From a virus, in the IMG/VR virus record IMGVR_UViG_3300042863_000147, positions 1 to 64,000 of that record: DNA of 64,000 nucleotides; one strand, 5' to 3'. The notes beneath the pieces are model-generated. The model had not been told where the DNA came from and did not search any database. It worked only from the letters and a program-made list of their open reading frames with translations. Made by a program: the position numbers and the translations under genes. Of this stretch, positions 36,670-47,945 are shown piece by piece (within the stretch, counting starts at the first letter, position 1; each line of letters opens with the position of its first letter).

Positions 36670-37737
36670 ATGGCTCTCTCATATACCGAATACCAAATGG
36701 CTCAGCAGGACTTGATGACTTTGCAAAGCAGAGAAGCAAGCCAACAGATCTCTATTATACAGGCATATAAGGAACGAGATGCTGCTCTTGCAGCAGGAGA
36801 TCAAGCTGCGGCTGATAGAGCAATTGCAAAAGCAGCCACCCGAGAAGAAAATTTAGAATTTACTAGGCAAGACATTGCTAAAACTCAAGCTACAATTAAT
36901 GAATTCAATGGAACTCCTACAGTTAAACCGGCATCAACGGTTGCAACTGAACAGAAGTATGCTAATCCAGCAAACATTGTGAGTAACAGTGGTCCTGTAG
37001 AAGACGATAGCGAAGCACCTAAAGTTACAATGGATCCTCTAGGAGAGAGATCAGTTCCAGGAGTACCGCCTGGCGCAGAGAAAGTTAGTCAGCAAAAAGC
37101 ACAGGTTATTTTTCAAGACGCAAATGGAAATTCAGAGCCGGAAGATATGCGTGTTCGAATCTTAGTACCTCCAAAGTACATAACACCTGAATTATCTGGA
37201 CCTAATGATGAATTGGCCAAAGCAGGCGGGATTATTTTTCCATATACACCTACTATCAGCTTTGATGCAAAGTCTGATTATGCAGCCTCGCAGCCACTAC
37301 ACTCTAACTTTGCAATAAATTTTTATCAACGTAGTAGTATAGGTTCTATATCTATTTCTGGAAAATTTTCAGTAGCTAGTGCAGACGATGCAGACATATA
37401 CATTTGTACAATGCACCTTTTAAAATCTCTTACACGGATGCGAAGCGGAGGTTTGGGCGGAGACCCTGACAGTGGAGCACCACCTCCGGTGTGTAGATTA
37501 TATGGTCATGGTGATATGATGCTTAGTAATGTACCTGTGGCAATTAGTAATTTTCGACTAGAGCTACCTGATAATGTAGATTATTTTACGTTAAAGTCTA
37601 AAATTTTTGGAACAACTGCGGTTCCGACCTTATCTACTTTTTCTATAACTTGCATACCAATGTACAGCAGAGCAGAAATGTTACGATTCTCTGTAACAGA
37701 CTACAATAGCAATTTCAATAAAAAGGGGTATATCTAA
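36670..37737 (+). CDS. Baseplate/tail-tube initiator-like protein (gp48/gp54-like)
   Basis: IIFPYTPTI, PPPVCRLYGHG..NVPVAISNF..LPDNVDY; lies before gp53. Confidence 0.55.
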   Translation: MALSYTEYQMAQQDLMTLQSREASQQISIIQAYKERDAALAAGDQAAADRAIAKAATREENLEFTRQDIAKTQATINEFNGTPTVKPASTVATEQKYANPANIVSNSGPVEDDSEAPKVTMDPLGERSVPGVPPGAEKVSQQKAQVIFQDANGNSEPEDMRVRILVPPKYITPELSGPNDELAKAGGIIFPYTPTISFDAKSDYAASQPLHSNFAINFYQRSSIGSISISGKFSVASADDADIYICTMHLLKSLTRMRSGGLGGDPDSGAPPPVCRLYGHGDMMLSNVPVAISNFRLELPDNVDYFTLKSKIFGTTAVPTLSTFSITCIPMYSRAEMLRFSVTDYNSNFNKKGYI

Positions 37738-38034
37738 ATGACAGTTTATAGTAAATCGAGCCCGTATTACAACACTGAAATTGTAAACAATTATCTTGAT
37801 GTTATTAATTTTAGAGACATTCCAAAAGAACGAGATGATATTTTGTTTGAAGTCACTGCTACTTATGAACATCGTCCAGATTTGTTAGCCTATGATTTAT
37901 ACAAAGATCATAAGTTATGGTGGGTATTTGCAGTAAGAAATAGATCAGTTATTAAAGATCCTGTATATGATTTAATTACCGGTGTTAAAATATACCTACC
38001 TAAAGCATCTACACTACAAAGAGTATTGAGTTAA
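37738..38034 (+). CDS. gp53: Baseplate wedge protein (gp53-like, LysM-type)
   Basis: RPDLLAYDLY..LWWVFAVRN..I.LP. Confidence 0.8.
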   Translation: MTVYSKSSPYYNTEIVNNYLDVINFRDIPKERDDILFEVTATYEHRPDLLAYDLYKDHKLWWVFAVRNRSVIKDPVYDLITGVKIYLPKASTLQRVLS

Positions 38035-38035
38035 T

Positions 38036-41000
38036 ATGAACGAACGGCAAATGGATGCGGTGCTTCGAAAGAATTACCCTTTTACGGATTCTTCTAAAGC
38101 AGATAATGATGCTAAATTAAAAATTAAAAGTTTAGGGCAGGCTAATGCCTTGAATTCTTATAGGTCAGTAACTTATAATTTCACATTAGCTGCACTTAAA
38201 AAGAACTATTTAGATGATCCTACTGCATACAGAACTAGTGAATTAGATTTAATTATCTTAAAGTCTGGCGGAAAAGGAAATGCTACTCTAACAACCAGTG
38301 GTGGTGCAAATACTGACGGGATATATAAACAGGCTCGGTCTGATTTTGCAGCTAGTGATCCTAGAAGATCAGATTTAACGCCCGAACAAAAGAATGTACC
38401 ATTGCGCGATTATGGCGGAGAATTAATAAACGGATTTAACACTGAGAGTCCTGGTCGATTTGACATGTTTATTGAAAACGTTGAAGTTGATACGTTGATG
38501 TCTTTTACTGAGTCGAGCGGCGCAACATTACCTACACAGATTAAGTTTGAAGTTATCGAACCTTACAGTGTTAATGGTTTTATCGAAGCCCTGCATGTCT
38601 CGGCAATTGCAGCAGGTTATCCTACTTACTTAGAAGCTAGCTTTGTTTTAAAAATGGAATTTTGGGGATACCCTGATAACGATCTTACTTCTTTTAAGGA
38701 TCCTGAAAAGATTGAAAAGACAGAAAGATTTTTTCCTATTGGATTAACCGGAATAGAAGTAGATATAAGTGAGAAAGGTACTCGATATCGATGCACTGCG
38801 GTTCCGTACAATGAGCGTGCGTTTGGAGAACCAAATGTAATTAAAAAGCCAATTAAAATGTCAGGTTTAACAATTAAAGAAATTTTAACTGACTTAATTA
38901 AAAATGTTAACGAACAAGTTAAGACATCTAACAAGGAAGGAAAAGTAGTTTCTCTTGGGAACAAGCATAATACATATGCTATTAAATTTCCTTCTCGAGA
39001 TGACACAGTTGGCTGGAAAGACACTCCTGAAAATAATATTGCTAGTTCGAAATTAGTAGAAATTCTAAAAGATAATGTGCTATATAAGATGGCCGATCCT
39101 GCTACTACTGAAAAAGCCACTGCTTATAAGAAAGACGGCAAAGCTCAGCCTAGCGCGAATCAACAAGCTAAAGAACCAGAAGCAATCAAATATACTCCGG
39201 GAAAGACTGTTGTTCAATTTTCAGAAAATATGAATATTCACGATGCAATTACATCAGTAATTCGAGACAGTGAATATTGTAGAAACATTTTAAAAGATGT
39301 AAAAAAGAACATTGACGAATTTGGAATGATAGACTATTTCATGGTGAGGATTGAAACTAAAAATCTAAATGAAATGGACGAAACTACTAAGAAGCCTTTT
39401 CAGAATTTTACGTTTATTGTAAGTCCTTATAAATTGCACTACACAAGAATTCCTACCTATGGTCAAGAACAAATAGATGATACGCGATTGACAAAACTTT
39501 GCAATCGAGAATACAACTACATGTATACTGGTAATAATATCGATATAACAAGTTTTAAATTAAATTTTAATCATCTATATTTTGAAGCTGTTCCATCTTC
39601 GTTTGGAAATCAAGATACTCCGTCGGCAAAGACCGGTGCCGGACCAAACAACGGAGCAGCACCTAAGCAATCTGCAACTCCTACAGAAGTAGTTGAAAAA
39701 CAGCAAGTTCCTACTTCTCCCACAAAAGTAGAACCAACACCGGTGCAATCTAATATTTCTAATGCCGGCCAACCACCTAACGATGCCTACAGTGTATTAG
39801 CAAGAAAGATGCACGATGCAATTGTTGATTCTAAAGCTAGCATGATTACCGGAGACATGGAGATTTTAGGAGACCCGTTTTATATAGCAACAGGGGGCGT
39901 GGGAAATTTTAACCCTAAACCAGACGGAAGAGGAAAAACAATAACAGGTGAAGTTGATCACCTAACTGGTGAAGTATTAATAAGAATAAATTTTAGAAAT
40001 CCTATAGATATAAATTCAGCTACCGGCATGATGGACTTTAGTCCTAAACTTGTACCGTTCAGTGGAGTGTATAGGATTATTAAAGCAACTAGTACATTTA
40101 AGAACGGTGAATTTAAACAACGATTAGAAATTTTAAGATTGCCTGGACAAATTTTAGATCTAAATGCTCAGGAAAGTGATCCTGCTGATAGAGTCATAAC
40201 GGTACCTAACTCACTTAATCGTGTTTCCCCAGATACAACTAGAGCATTTAATCCTAGTCAAAGATTGGACTCTTCAACTGCATTGGAACAACTCAATCGA
40301 GGTCTTCCTAGTCCAGGATTACCAGGAGCACTAAGTAATTTTACAGCAGCTACAGGCGGTCTAGGCGGACAAGCTGGTGCATTGCTTATGCAGAATCCTG
40401 GGCGAGTTTTAAAAACAGGAGCATTAGCAGCGGGCTCATCTGTTATTGGACAAGCCCTTCCTACTGATATATCTTCTAACATTAGGTTAAATTCTTCTGG
40501 ACTTGCTAACATAAATCAAACAGGGTTAGGTTCAGCTGCTCTAATTGCTGTTGCGACAAACGTATTGACAGGAAACATTCCTGCCAAACGAGCAGTTACT
40601 ACCGTTGCAGGGACGATTGCAGGAGCTGCTTTAGTAAATGCACTTAAAAAACCTAATGTTGGATCGGGCATAGGTGAAGGTGCAACTAATGTTCTGTCTA
40701 AAGCAGTAACTGATTCTCCTACTGCACAGGATATTAAATTTGGTACCACTATTAATCCATCTAAAATTGCATCAGACACGGTTAATAGTGTAGTTGGCGC
40801 AACTAAAGAATTAGGTACCGCTGCAATAGGTGCAGTTAATAGCTTAGGAAAAGAAGTATCAGGTTTTGTTAAAGGTGTCGGAGAAAAAATATCTTCGTTC
40901 AACAGCAGCCCTGCTGATCCCAAAGCTATCGGAGCTCAGGTTGGCTTAGACGTTTCTAAGCTATCCGGGTTGTCTCCTGATTTTCAAAGTAAAGCATTAA

Positions 41001-41587
41001 ATCAGATTGCAAGTTTTAGCAAAAATTTACCTCCGGATGTTAATCTTAACCAAGCTGCTAGTGCTGGGGTAGTTTTGGATTACCTATCACCAAGCAAAAT
41101 TAAAAATATTCCTCCGACTGCACCGTACTCTACTGCGCCTGCTGCACCAGTTGATGTAGCATACCTGACTCAAGTTGCTGCAAAAGGAGGAGCAACTGCG
41201 GTTGCAAATCTCTATGGAGTTACTAGTATTAAAGATCTGTCTGGAAATTTAGTACCAAGTGATGTGCTCTCTTCAACATTGAAAAGTCTTCCGCCCGGTC
41301 AAGTTAATCCTTTTGCAAATTTATCAGGACAATTTAATGCAATTGATGCAAACGTATTAAAAGACAAATTTGGTACAGCTGGTTCTCAGCTTTCTCAATT
41401 AACAGGTAAAGTTCCTGTATTAGATAAGAATATTGCAGGAGCAGTATCTTCTAAGTATGGAAGTTCCGCTGGTCCGAGTCCGTTGGATAAATTAGTTAAC
41501 AATTTGGGGGATCCGAACGCTCCTCCCTATACTGGCAACGACCCTATAGTTAGGGCAAGACTAGGTTTGCCGCCAGCCACTGTTTAG
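38036..41587 (+). CDS. Baseplate hub-like protein with a long low-complexity C-terminal extension
   Basis: MEILGDP..FSGVYRIIKATSTFKNGEFKQRL resembles gp27/VgrG hub C-termini; lies between gp53 and gp5. Confidence 0.6.
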   Translation: MNERQMDAVLRKNYPFTDSSKADNDAKLKIKSLGQANALNSYRSVTYNFTLAALKKNYLDDPTAYRTSELDLIILKSGGKGNATLTTSGGANTDGIYKQARSDFAASDPRRSDLTPEQKNVPLRDYGGELINGFNTESPGRFDMFIENVEVDTLMSFTESSGATLPTQIKFEVIEPYSVNGFIEALHVSAIAAGYPTYLEASFVLKMEFWGYPDNDLTSFKDPEKIEKTERFFPIGLTGIEVDISEKGTRYRCTAVPYNERAFGEPNVIKKPIKMSGLTIKEILTDLIKNVNEQVKTSNKEGKVVSLGNKHNTYAIKFPSRDDTVGWKDTPENNIASSKLVEILKDNVLYKMADPATTEKATAYKKDGKAQPSANQQAKEPEAIKYTPGKTVVQFSENMNIHDAITSVIRDSEYCRNILKDVKKNIDEFGMIDYFMVRIETKNLNEMDETTKKPFQNFTFIVSPYKLHYTRIPTYGQEQIDDTRLTKLCNREYNYMYTGNNIDITSFKLNFNHLYFEAVPSSFGNQDTPSAKTGAGPNNGAAPKQSATPTEVVEKQQVPTSPTKVEPTPVQSNISNAGQPPNDAYSVLARKMHDAIVDSKASMITGDMEILGDPFYIATGGVGNFNPKPDGRGKTITGEVDHLTGEVLIRINFRNPIDINSATGMMDFSPKLVPFSGVYRIIKATSTFKNGEFKQRLEILRLPGQILDLNAQESDPADRVITVPNSLNRVSPDTTRAFNPSQRLDSSTALEQLNRGLPSPGLPGALSNFTAATGGLGGQAGALLMQNPGRVLKTGALAAGSSVIGQALPTDISSNIRLNSSGLANINQTGLGSAALIAVATNVLTGNIPAKRAVTTVAGTIAGAALVNALKKPNVGSGIGEGATNVLSKAVTDSPTAQDIKFGTTINPSKIASDTVNSVVGATKELGTAAIGAVNSLGKEVSGFVKGVGEKISSFNSSPADPKAIGAQVGLDVSKLSGLSPDFQSKALNQIASFSKNLPPDVNLNQAASAGVVLDYLSPSKIKNIPPTAPYSTAPAAPVDVAYLTQVAAKGGATAVANLYGVTSIKDLSGNLVPSDVLSSTLKSLPPGQVNPFANLSGQFNAIDANVLKDKFGTAGSQLSQLTGKVPVLDKNIAGAVSSKYGSSAGPSPLDKLVNNLGDPNAPPYTGNDPIVRARLGLPPATV

Positions 41588-41598
41588 GATTATATCAT

Positions 41599-43893
41599 AT
41601 GGCATTTGAAACAAGAAAACGATCAGTACTCCCATCTCCTGGACCATTTCTTGCGGAAGTAACTAACCATCTAGACCCAACTTACATGGGCAGTTTAGAA
41701 GTTGCATTAATGAAAGGTATTGCTAATTCTACAAAAACTCAAGGCGAGACTTATGTAGTTCGATACCTAAGTCCGTTTGCAGGAAATACTTCAATTCGTC
41801 ACGAAGGTACGAACAGTAGTTCTTTCAACGATGTACAAAAGAGTTACGGATTTTGGGCAATTCCTCCCGATGTCGGTACAACAGTTATGGTCATTTTTAT
41901 TGATGGTGATCCTAATCAGGGATACTGGATGGGATGCGTTAGCGATTCGTTTCAAAATCATATGATACCTGGTATCGCGGCTAGTAAGCAAGTAGCAGTA
42001 ACGGAAGAACAGAGAAGAAAATACGGCACTGATTATCTGCCAGTTGCGGAGTTTCATAAGGGGTCTAAAAAATTAGACTCTCCCAACGTCGATCGATATG
42101 CAAAACCAGTACATCCATTTGCTGACAGACTAGTTCAACAAGGTCTGCTCCTCGACACAGTTCGAGGAGTCACGTCGAGCGGTGCAAGACGAGAAGTCCC
42201 TAGTCAAGTGTTTGGTATCAGTACCCCTGGACCTCTTGATGACAGTCCTGGCGCAAAGCGAGGAAAATTGGGATACGAGGAGAATGCTCGAGCACCTGTG
42301 AGCCGATTAGGCGGTAGCACATTTGTAATGGACGACGGTGATGTAAATGGCCAGAACGAATTAGTAAGACTTCGTACTAGGACAGGTCATCAGATCCTAA
42401 TGCACAACAGTCAAGATCTTATCTATATTGCTAATAGTAAAGGCACAGCTTGGATTGAGATGACAAGCAACGGCAAGATTGATATCTATGCAGCAGATAG
42501 TGTTAGTATCCACAGCGAACAAGATTTTAACTTCCGTGCAGACCGTGATATTAACTTTGAAGCAGGAAGAAACATTCATGTTCGAGCAGGAAAGAACATG
42601 GAAACAAATATTACAGGGTACAATTATCTTACTGTTGATCAAGATCAGAAAATTTTTGTACGTGGCACACATGACGAAACTATAGGAGGAGTAACAAAAG
42701 TAAGTGTTGCTAATACCTATCATTTAAATGTGTCAAATGATATTAAACAGTCAGCAGGTGCAACTATAAACTTTGCATCTGAAGGAAATATTAATTTAGG
42801 AACTGCCTCACAAATAAACTTAGGTGCAAATGGAAATGTATTAGTATCTGGTGCAGCAATACATCTAAACGGGCCTGCCGCGCTTGCACCTTCAGCTGCT
42901 GAAAATGCAGAACAACCACCTGATTTACCTTTGTTCAGCTTACCTGATAAGCAAGTGTCCTACGGTTGGAGTGACGGTAAATTTTATAATACCGGTACTA
43001 TTAAGACAATCATGCAACGTGTGCCAACACATGAACCTTGGCCACAACATGAGAATGTTAATCCTACAAAATTTAGCGCACAGGCTACTGATGTGACTCT
43101 TGCAAATGCTCCAGGCTCTGCTCGCACCGCTGCAGGAGTTCCGCCAAACGAAGCTGCCGGAACACAGGAACCTGCAAATCAAGAAGAAGTAGTTGCAGGT
43201 ACATGTAGTCCAGAGTATGCTAAAGATGTTAATGCAAGCTCGGCAGCTCCGGGCATTGCTGCATTAAAAGCAGCTTGTGCCAAATACGGATTAACAAGTC
43301 CCTATGCCGTTGCTGCCTTGTTAGGTATTGCTGGTGGCGAATGCCGCTGGAAGTTAGTAGAAGAAGGATTTAAATATTCAGCAGACAGATTGTTGCAAGT
43401 TTTCCCTAGCGTATTCAAAGGGGATAAAGAACTTGCCAACAAGTATGCAGGCAACCCTAATAACAGCTTGCCAGAATTGCTGTACGGTTATAATACTCCT
43501 AAAGGAAAAGGTCTAGGAAATACACAACCCGGAGACGGTAGTAAGTATATTGGCCGAGGCTATATTCAATTAACTGGTCGGGGTAACTATGCCAAGTATG
43601 GGCAAATGGTTGGCAAAGACCTGTTAGGTAATCCAGATTTATTGTCAGACCCTGCTACTGCGGCAGAAGTTAGTGTTAAGTATCTTCTTGATAGATGTAA
43701 GGTTGCACAGACTGACGCGGCCTACTTTGAAGCGGCTTGCAAGTCTATCGGATTTAACACACCTGATATTAAAGCTAAGAAAAAAGGATATTATGAATGT
43801 TTCTTAGGCCAGCTACAGGGTAAAACTGTAAGTACTGGATCGGGCGGAATTTTATCAGACAGCAGCGGTAACCCTGTAAAAACTGGTTCTTAA
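41599..43893 (+). CDS. gp5: Baseplate spike (gp5-like) with a C-terminal GH19-type muramidase
   Basis: OB-fold PPDVGTTVMVIF..GYWMG, RTRTGHQ, beta-helix repeats, C-terminal YIGRGYIQLTGRGNY. Confidence 0.85.
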   Translation: MAFETRKRSVLPSPGPFLAEVTNHLDPTYMGSLEVALMKGIANSTKTQGETYVVRYLSPFAGNTSIRHEGTNSSSFNDVQKSYGFWAIPPDVGTTVMVIFIDGDPNQGYWMGCVSDSFQNHMIPGIAASKQVAVTEEQRRKYGTDYLPVAEFHKGSKKLDSPNVDRYAKPVHPFADRLVQQGLLLDTVRGVTSSGARREVPSQVFGISTPGPLDDSPGAKRGKLGYEENARAPVSRLGGSTFVMDDGDVNGQNELVRLRTRTGHQILMHNSQDLIYIANSKGTAWIEMTSNGKIDIYAADSVSIHSEQDFNFRADRDINFEAGRNIHVRAGKNMETNITGYNYLTVDQDQKIFVRGTHDETIGGVTKVSVANTYHLNVSNDIKQSAGATINFASEGNINLGTASQINLGANGNVLVSGAAIHLNGPAALAPSAAENAEQPPDLPLFSLPDKQVSYGWSDGKFYNTGTIKTIMQRVPTHEPWPQHENVNPTKFSAQATDVTLANAPGSARTAAGVPPNEAAGTQEPANQEEVVAGTCSPEYAKDVNASSAAPGIAALKAACAKYGLTSPYAVAALLGIAGGECRWKLVEEGFKYSADRLLQVFPSVFKGDKELANKYAGNPNNSLPELLYGYNTPKGKGLGNTQPGDGSKYIGRGYIQLTGRGNYAKYGQMVGKDLLGNPDLLSDPATAAEVSVKYLLDRCKVAQTDAAYFEAACKSIGFNTPDIKAKKKGYYECFLGQLQGKTVSTGSGGILSDSSGNPVKTGS

Positions 43894-43899
43894 GCGTGT

Positions 43900-43907
43900 A
43901 ATAAATA
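43900..43907 (+). promoter_or_regulatory. Late promoter (AATAAATA)
   Basis: TAAATA 4 nt upstream of the ATG at 43912. Confidence 0.6.
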
Positions 43908-43911
43908 CATC

Positions 43912-44349
43912 ATGCCATATAAGAATCTAGAAATCAATGTTTCAAATTATAATAGTCAGCACACTAATGTACTGACTCATTATTACAGAGGATTTAGCAC
44001 TGTTAATCCAGATAACACTAGTGCCAAGTTATACGATTTTGATATAATCAAACAGAACATCCTTAATCATTTTAACACCCGCAAAGGGCAGCGAGTAATG
44101 AATCCTAACTTTGGGACTATTATCTGGGATGTCCTAATGGAACCATTGACGCCACAAATTAAATTAGCATTAACTAAAGATATTGAAGAAATTTGTAATT
44201 TTGATCCCAGAGTATATCCTACACAGATAAACATCAATGAATACGAAAGAGGATTCCTAATTGATGTAGCATTGTCTTTAAAAGACACGGATCAATCTTC
44301 AACACTTCGTTTAGCATTCGATCAAAAAGTTGGATTAGTGCTGCAATAA
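43912..44349 (+). CDS. gp25: Baseplate wedge subunit (gp25-like)
   Basis: IKQNILNHFNTRKGQRVMNPNFG..MEP..DPRV. Confidence 0.9.
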   Translation: MPYKNLEINVSNYNSQHTNVLTHYYRGFSTVNPDNTSAKLYDFDIIKQNILNHFNTRKGQRVMNPNFGTIIWDVLMEPLTPQIKLALTKDIEEICNFDPRVYPTQININEYERGFLIDVALSLKDTDQSSTLRLAFDQKVGLVLQ

Positions 44350-44395
44350 TATACGCAGTTAATTTTTTCAATAAATATGGTATAAACATAAAATT

Positions 44396-47300
44396 ATGAT
44401 ACCTTCAACCAATACCCAATTACTAGTCGGCGAAGACTGGAAAAAGATTTATCAATCTTTTCGAAATGCTGACTTCAAAAGTTACGACTTTGAAACATTA
44501 AAAAGAACAATGATTGCGTACCTTCAGGAAAACTATCCTGAAGACTTTAACGATTTTATTGATAGCAGTGAATATATTGCTCTTATTGATATCATTGCGT
44601 ATCTGGGACAAAATTTAAGTTTTCGTGTCGATCTTAATGCTCGTGAGAATTTTTTAGAAACTGCACAACGTCGTGATAGCATCCTTCGATTGGCACAATT
44701 AATTAGTTACCGACCAAGACGCAACACGCCAGCAAACGGGCTTTTAAAAGTTACTGCAATATCAACCACAGACAGTGTAATTGATTCTAATGGTGTTAAT
44801 CTAGCAAATACTACCATTGCATGGAATGATTCTACGAATCCAAATTGGTATCAACAATTTATTAATATTATGAATTCTGCTATGAGTTCAGCATTTGGAA
44901 TACCTGCTGCTAGGACTACAATTAGCGGAGTATTAACTGAGCAATACAATTTCAATAGTGTAACAGCAGATGTTCCATTGTTTAATTACAATAAAAGTAT
45001 TGACGGTATTAACATGGGCTTTGAAGTAGCACCTTGTACCTTTGAAGGTAAAGATGTTATATACGAAGCGCCACCGAAGCCTGCTAGAAATTTTAGTATC
45101 GTTTATAAAAATGATAATCAAGGATCTGGAAGTGCTGAAACAGGATTCTTCACTCTGTTCAAGCAAGGCGCTATTAGCATGGTGCAATTCTCGTTAGATA
45201 ATCCAGTACCTAACGAAATTGTTGGTATTAACACTCCGGAGATTAATGACACCGATGTGTGGCTATGGCAGTTGGATAAGAACGGTAACTTTTCGACCTT
45301 ATGGACAGATGTTCCTTCTGTAACTGGAAATAATAACGTTATCTACAATAGTCTGAATAAAAATTTAAGAACGATATATGCAGTTACTCCTAGAGAAGAC
45401 GACCAGATTGATTTAAATTTTGCTGATGGAGTATTTGGAGATTTGCCAAAAGGTAACTTCAGATTATTTTATAGACAAAGCAATGGAAAGAATTATGTAA
45501 TTAAGCCTGAACAAATGAGTGGTATTGTAATTCAGATTCCATATACTAATTCTTCTAATCAAGAACACACGCTACAATTAACGTTAAGCCTACAATATAC
45601 AGTTAGCAACAGTTCTGGTCCTGAAACTAACGCTAGTATTCAGCAAAAAGCACCACAAACATACTATACACAAAATAGGATGATTACAGGTGAAGATTAC
45701 AATATTGCACCGTTAAATGCTGGTGCAGACATTCTTAAAATTAAAAGCATTAACAGATCTAGTAGTGGTCTAAGTAAGTATTTTGATATTTCAGATGTTA
45801 CTGGTAGTTATAGTAAAACTAACATTTTTGCAAACGACGGAATATTGTATCAGGAAGATGTTGAAGAATACTTCGAGTTTGAATTTACTAGCAGGAATCA
45901 AGTACTTGCGGTTATTAAAAATAAACTTGCACCGGTAGTTCTATCAAATTCAGTAAAGTCGTTTTATATTGACAAATATAGCAAACCTGATCTTACATCG
46001 ATGTCTCTAACATGGAACGAAGTCAATAAGACTCCCGGTCAGAGCAGGGGATATTTTTCTAGTACTTCGGGTGTTATGCCAGTTGGACCGTATTCGGAGC
46101 ACAATTTACGATATGTAGCCCCCGGTGCCCTTGTTAAATTTAATCCTACTTCTGGAAAATATTTTGACAAAAATAACAACTTAGTACCAATACAATCTTC
46201 TGGTGTTATACCAGACGGTGGAAAGGATTACCTATGGGCCATGGTATATCAGGTTATTGGAGATGGAGGAAATGGTGGTAGTGGTGCCCTTGATGATGGG
46301 ACAGGACCGATTATCTTTGCTGCTACAGTACCTCAAGGTGCGGTTGCAGTTGAAGTAGTTCCTGCATATGTACATTCATTGCCGTACTCGATTGAGAACG
46401 AGATTGCTAATCTCTGTATGAGTCAAAGAAATTTTGGTCTAACTGTATCTGCAGATTTTAGAAATTGGGATTTAATTTTAAATTCTAATTTAGATTTAAC
46501 TAGCGCCTTTAGCCTCGATAACCAAGGTAACGTAGAAGATGCAGGACTTGATGCTAGTTGGGTAATTGCGTTTATTTGGACAGGAAAGAACTATAAAGTT
46601 AGATACAGGAACTTGAATTTTATTTTTGAAAGTGAATCAGAAACAGGATTCTTTATCGATTCATCAGCAGTTAATTACGATTTTACCACGAACTCAGTTA
46701 TAAAAGATAAAATTGACATTTTGGCAGTTAATGCAGAGCCAGAATCTAATAGGCAGTGGTTTGTTGGAGCAGGAGCGCCTGGTGCTATTACTACTGCTAC
46801 TAACGGAGATTACTATCTTAACACTACTTCTAAGGTAGTATTTAGAAGAGTATCAAACACTTGGTTACAAGGCAATAACTTCACAGGGAAGTTAGTAGCT
46901 GACCATTCTTGGCAAATTGACGGTCCCGTAATTGAATCAGACGGGTATGTTGAACCTAAAAAAATAAAAGTTAGTTTCTACGATTACAATAATACAGGAC
47001 AAATACAAGACCCTGATTCATTCGCAACTGTTGTATATCCTAATTATATAGATCCTACTACAGGGTTTAGGAAGAATTTTGTTTATTTCAAAAGATCGGC
47101 AGACGGATTACGATATACTCTTACTACGGGTATAACACCATTGGCAACAGAAGCTGATTTTTTTGCTACTAAGTTTAGCACAGTTAGCGACGGCGACTTA
47201 TTTTATTTTTACGATAAGTCCGTTAATGTTGTAAAATTTTGGGACAGTGCAAACAATCGTCTAACATATACTGACGAATACTTTGCTAGAGTAGGAAGAT

Positions 47301-47944
47301 CTGGTTTGAAATTTCAATATACTCATAACAGTGGAAGCAATAGAAGGATTGATCCTAGTAAATCTAACTTTATTGATATCTATGTATTAACTACTGGGTA
47401 TGATAATGATATTAGAAGCTGGTTATCGGGAAGTGCTACTACAGAACCGCTTGCTCCTACTAGTTTTAATTTAGAGCAAAACTATTTTAGTTACTTAGAA
47501 CCTATTAAAGCAATTAGTGATGAAATTATTTTCCACCCTATAAAATATAAAATACTGTTTGGTAGCAAAGCACATACAAGTCTTCAGGCAAAATTTAAAG
47601 CAGTTAAAAACTCAAATAAGATTACAAGTGACAATGATTTAAAGACAAGAATATTAATTGCAATCAATGAATTTTTTGCTTTACAAAATTGGGATTTTGG
47701 GCAATCTTTCTATTTTAGTGAGTTGTCAACTTATGTTATGAATCAACTAAGTCCCGACATAACTAACTTTGTTATTACTCCTAAAAGCACTGGCAGTTTT
47801 GGCAGCTTATATGAAATAGCATGTCAGCCGAACGAAATTTTTATTAGCGGCACTGAAATTGCAGACATAGAAATAATTGATGCTATTACTGCATCACAGT
47901 TAAAAACAGCATCGTCAATCGTAACAACAACTAGCGGAACCTAA
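44396..47944 (+). CDS. gp6: Baseplate wedge subunit (gp6-like)
   Basis: DFETLK..DFNDFIDSSEY..ENFLETAQRRDSILRLAQLISY, FADGVFG, QNRMITGEDY. Confidence 0.88.
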   Translation: MIPSTNTQLLVGEDWKKIYQSFRNADFKSYDFETLKRTMIAYLQENYPEDFNDFIDSSEYIALIDIIAYLGQNLSFRVDLNARENFLETAQRRDSILRLAQLISYRPRRNTPANGLLKVTAISTTDSVIDSNGVNLANTTIAWNDSTNPNWYQQFINIMNSAMSSAFGIPAARTTISGVLTEQYNFNSVTADVPLFNYNKSIDGINMGFEVAPCTFEGKDVIYEAPPKPARNFSIVYKNDNQGSGSAETGFFTLFKQGAISMVQFSLDNPVPNEIVGINTPEINDTDVWLWQLDKNGNFSTLWTDVPSVTGNNNVIYNSLNKNLRTIYAVTPREDDQIDLNFADGVFGDLPKGNFRLFYRQSNGKNYVIKPEQMSGIVIQIPYTNSSNQEHTLQLTLSLQYTVSNSSGPETNASIQQKAPQTYYTQNRMITGEDYNIAPLNAGADILKIKSINRSSSGLSKYFDISDVTGSYSKTNIFANDGILYQEDVEEYFEFEFTSRNQVLAVIKNKLAPVVLSNSVKSFYIDKYSKPDLTSMSLTWNEVNKTPGQSRGYFSSTSGVMPVGPYSEHNLRYVAPGALVKFNPTSGKYFDKNNNLVPIQSSGVIPDGGKDYLWAMVYQVIGDGGNGGSGALDDGTGPIIFAATVPQGAVAVEVVPAYVHSLPYSIENEIANLCMSQRNFGLTVSADFRNWDLILNSNLDLTSAFSLDNQGNVEDAGLDASWVIAFIWTGKNYKVRYRNLNFIFESESETGFFIDSSAVNYDFTTNSVIKDKIDILAVNAEPESNRQWFVGAGAPGAITTATNGDYYLNTTSKVVFRRVSNTWLQGNNFTGKLVADHSWQIDGPVIESDGYVEPKKIKVSFYDYNNTGQIQDPDSFATVVYPNYIDPTTGFRKNFVYFKRSADGLRYTLTTGITPLATEADFFATKFSTVSDGDLFYFYDKSVNVVKFWDSANNRLTYTDEYFARVGRSGLKFQYTHNSGSNRRIDPSKSNFIDIYVLTTGYDNDIRSWLSGSATTEPLAPTSFNLEQNYFSYLEPIKAISDEIIFHPIKYKILFGSKAHTSLQAKFKAVKNSNKITSDNDLKTRILIAINEFFALQNWDFGQSFYFSELSTYVMNQLSPDITNFVITPKSTGSFGSLYEIACQPNEIFISGTEIADIEIIDAITASQLKTASSIVTTTSGT

Positions 47945-47945
47945 C

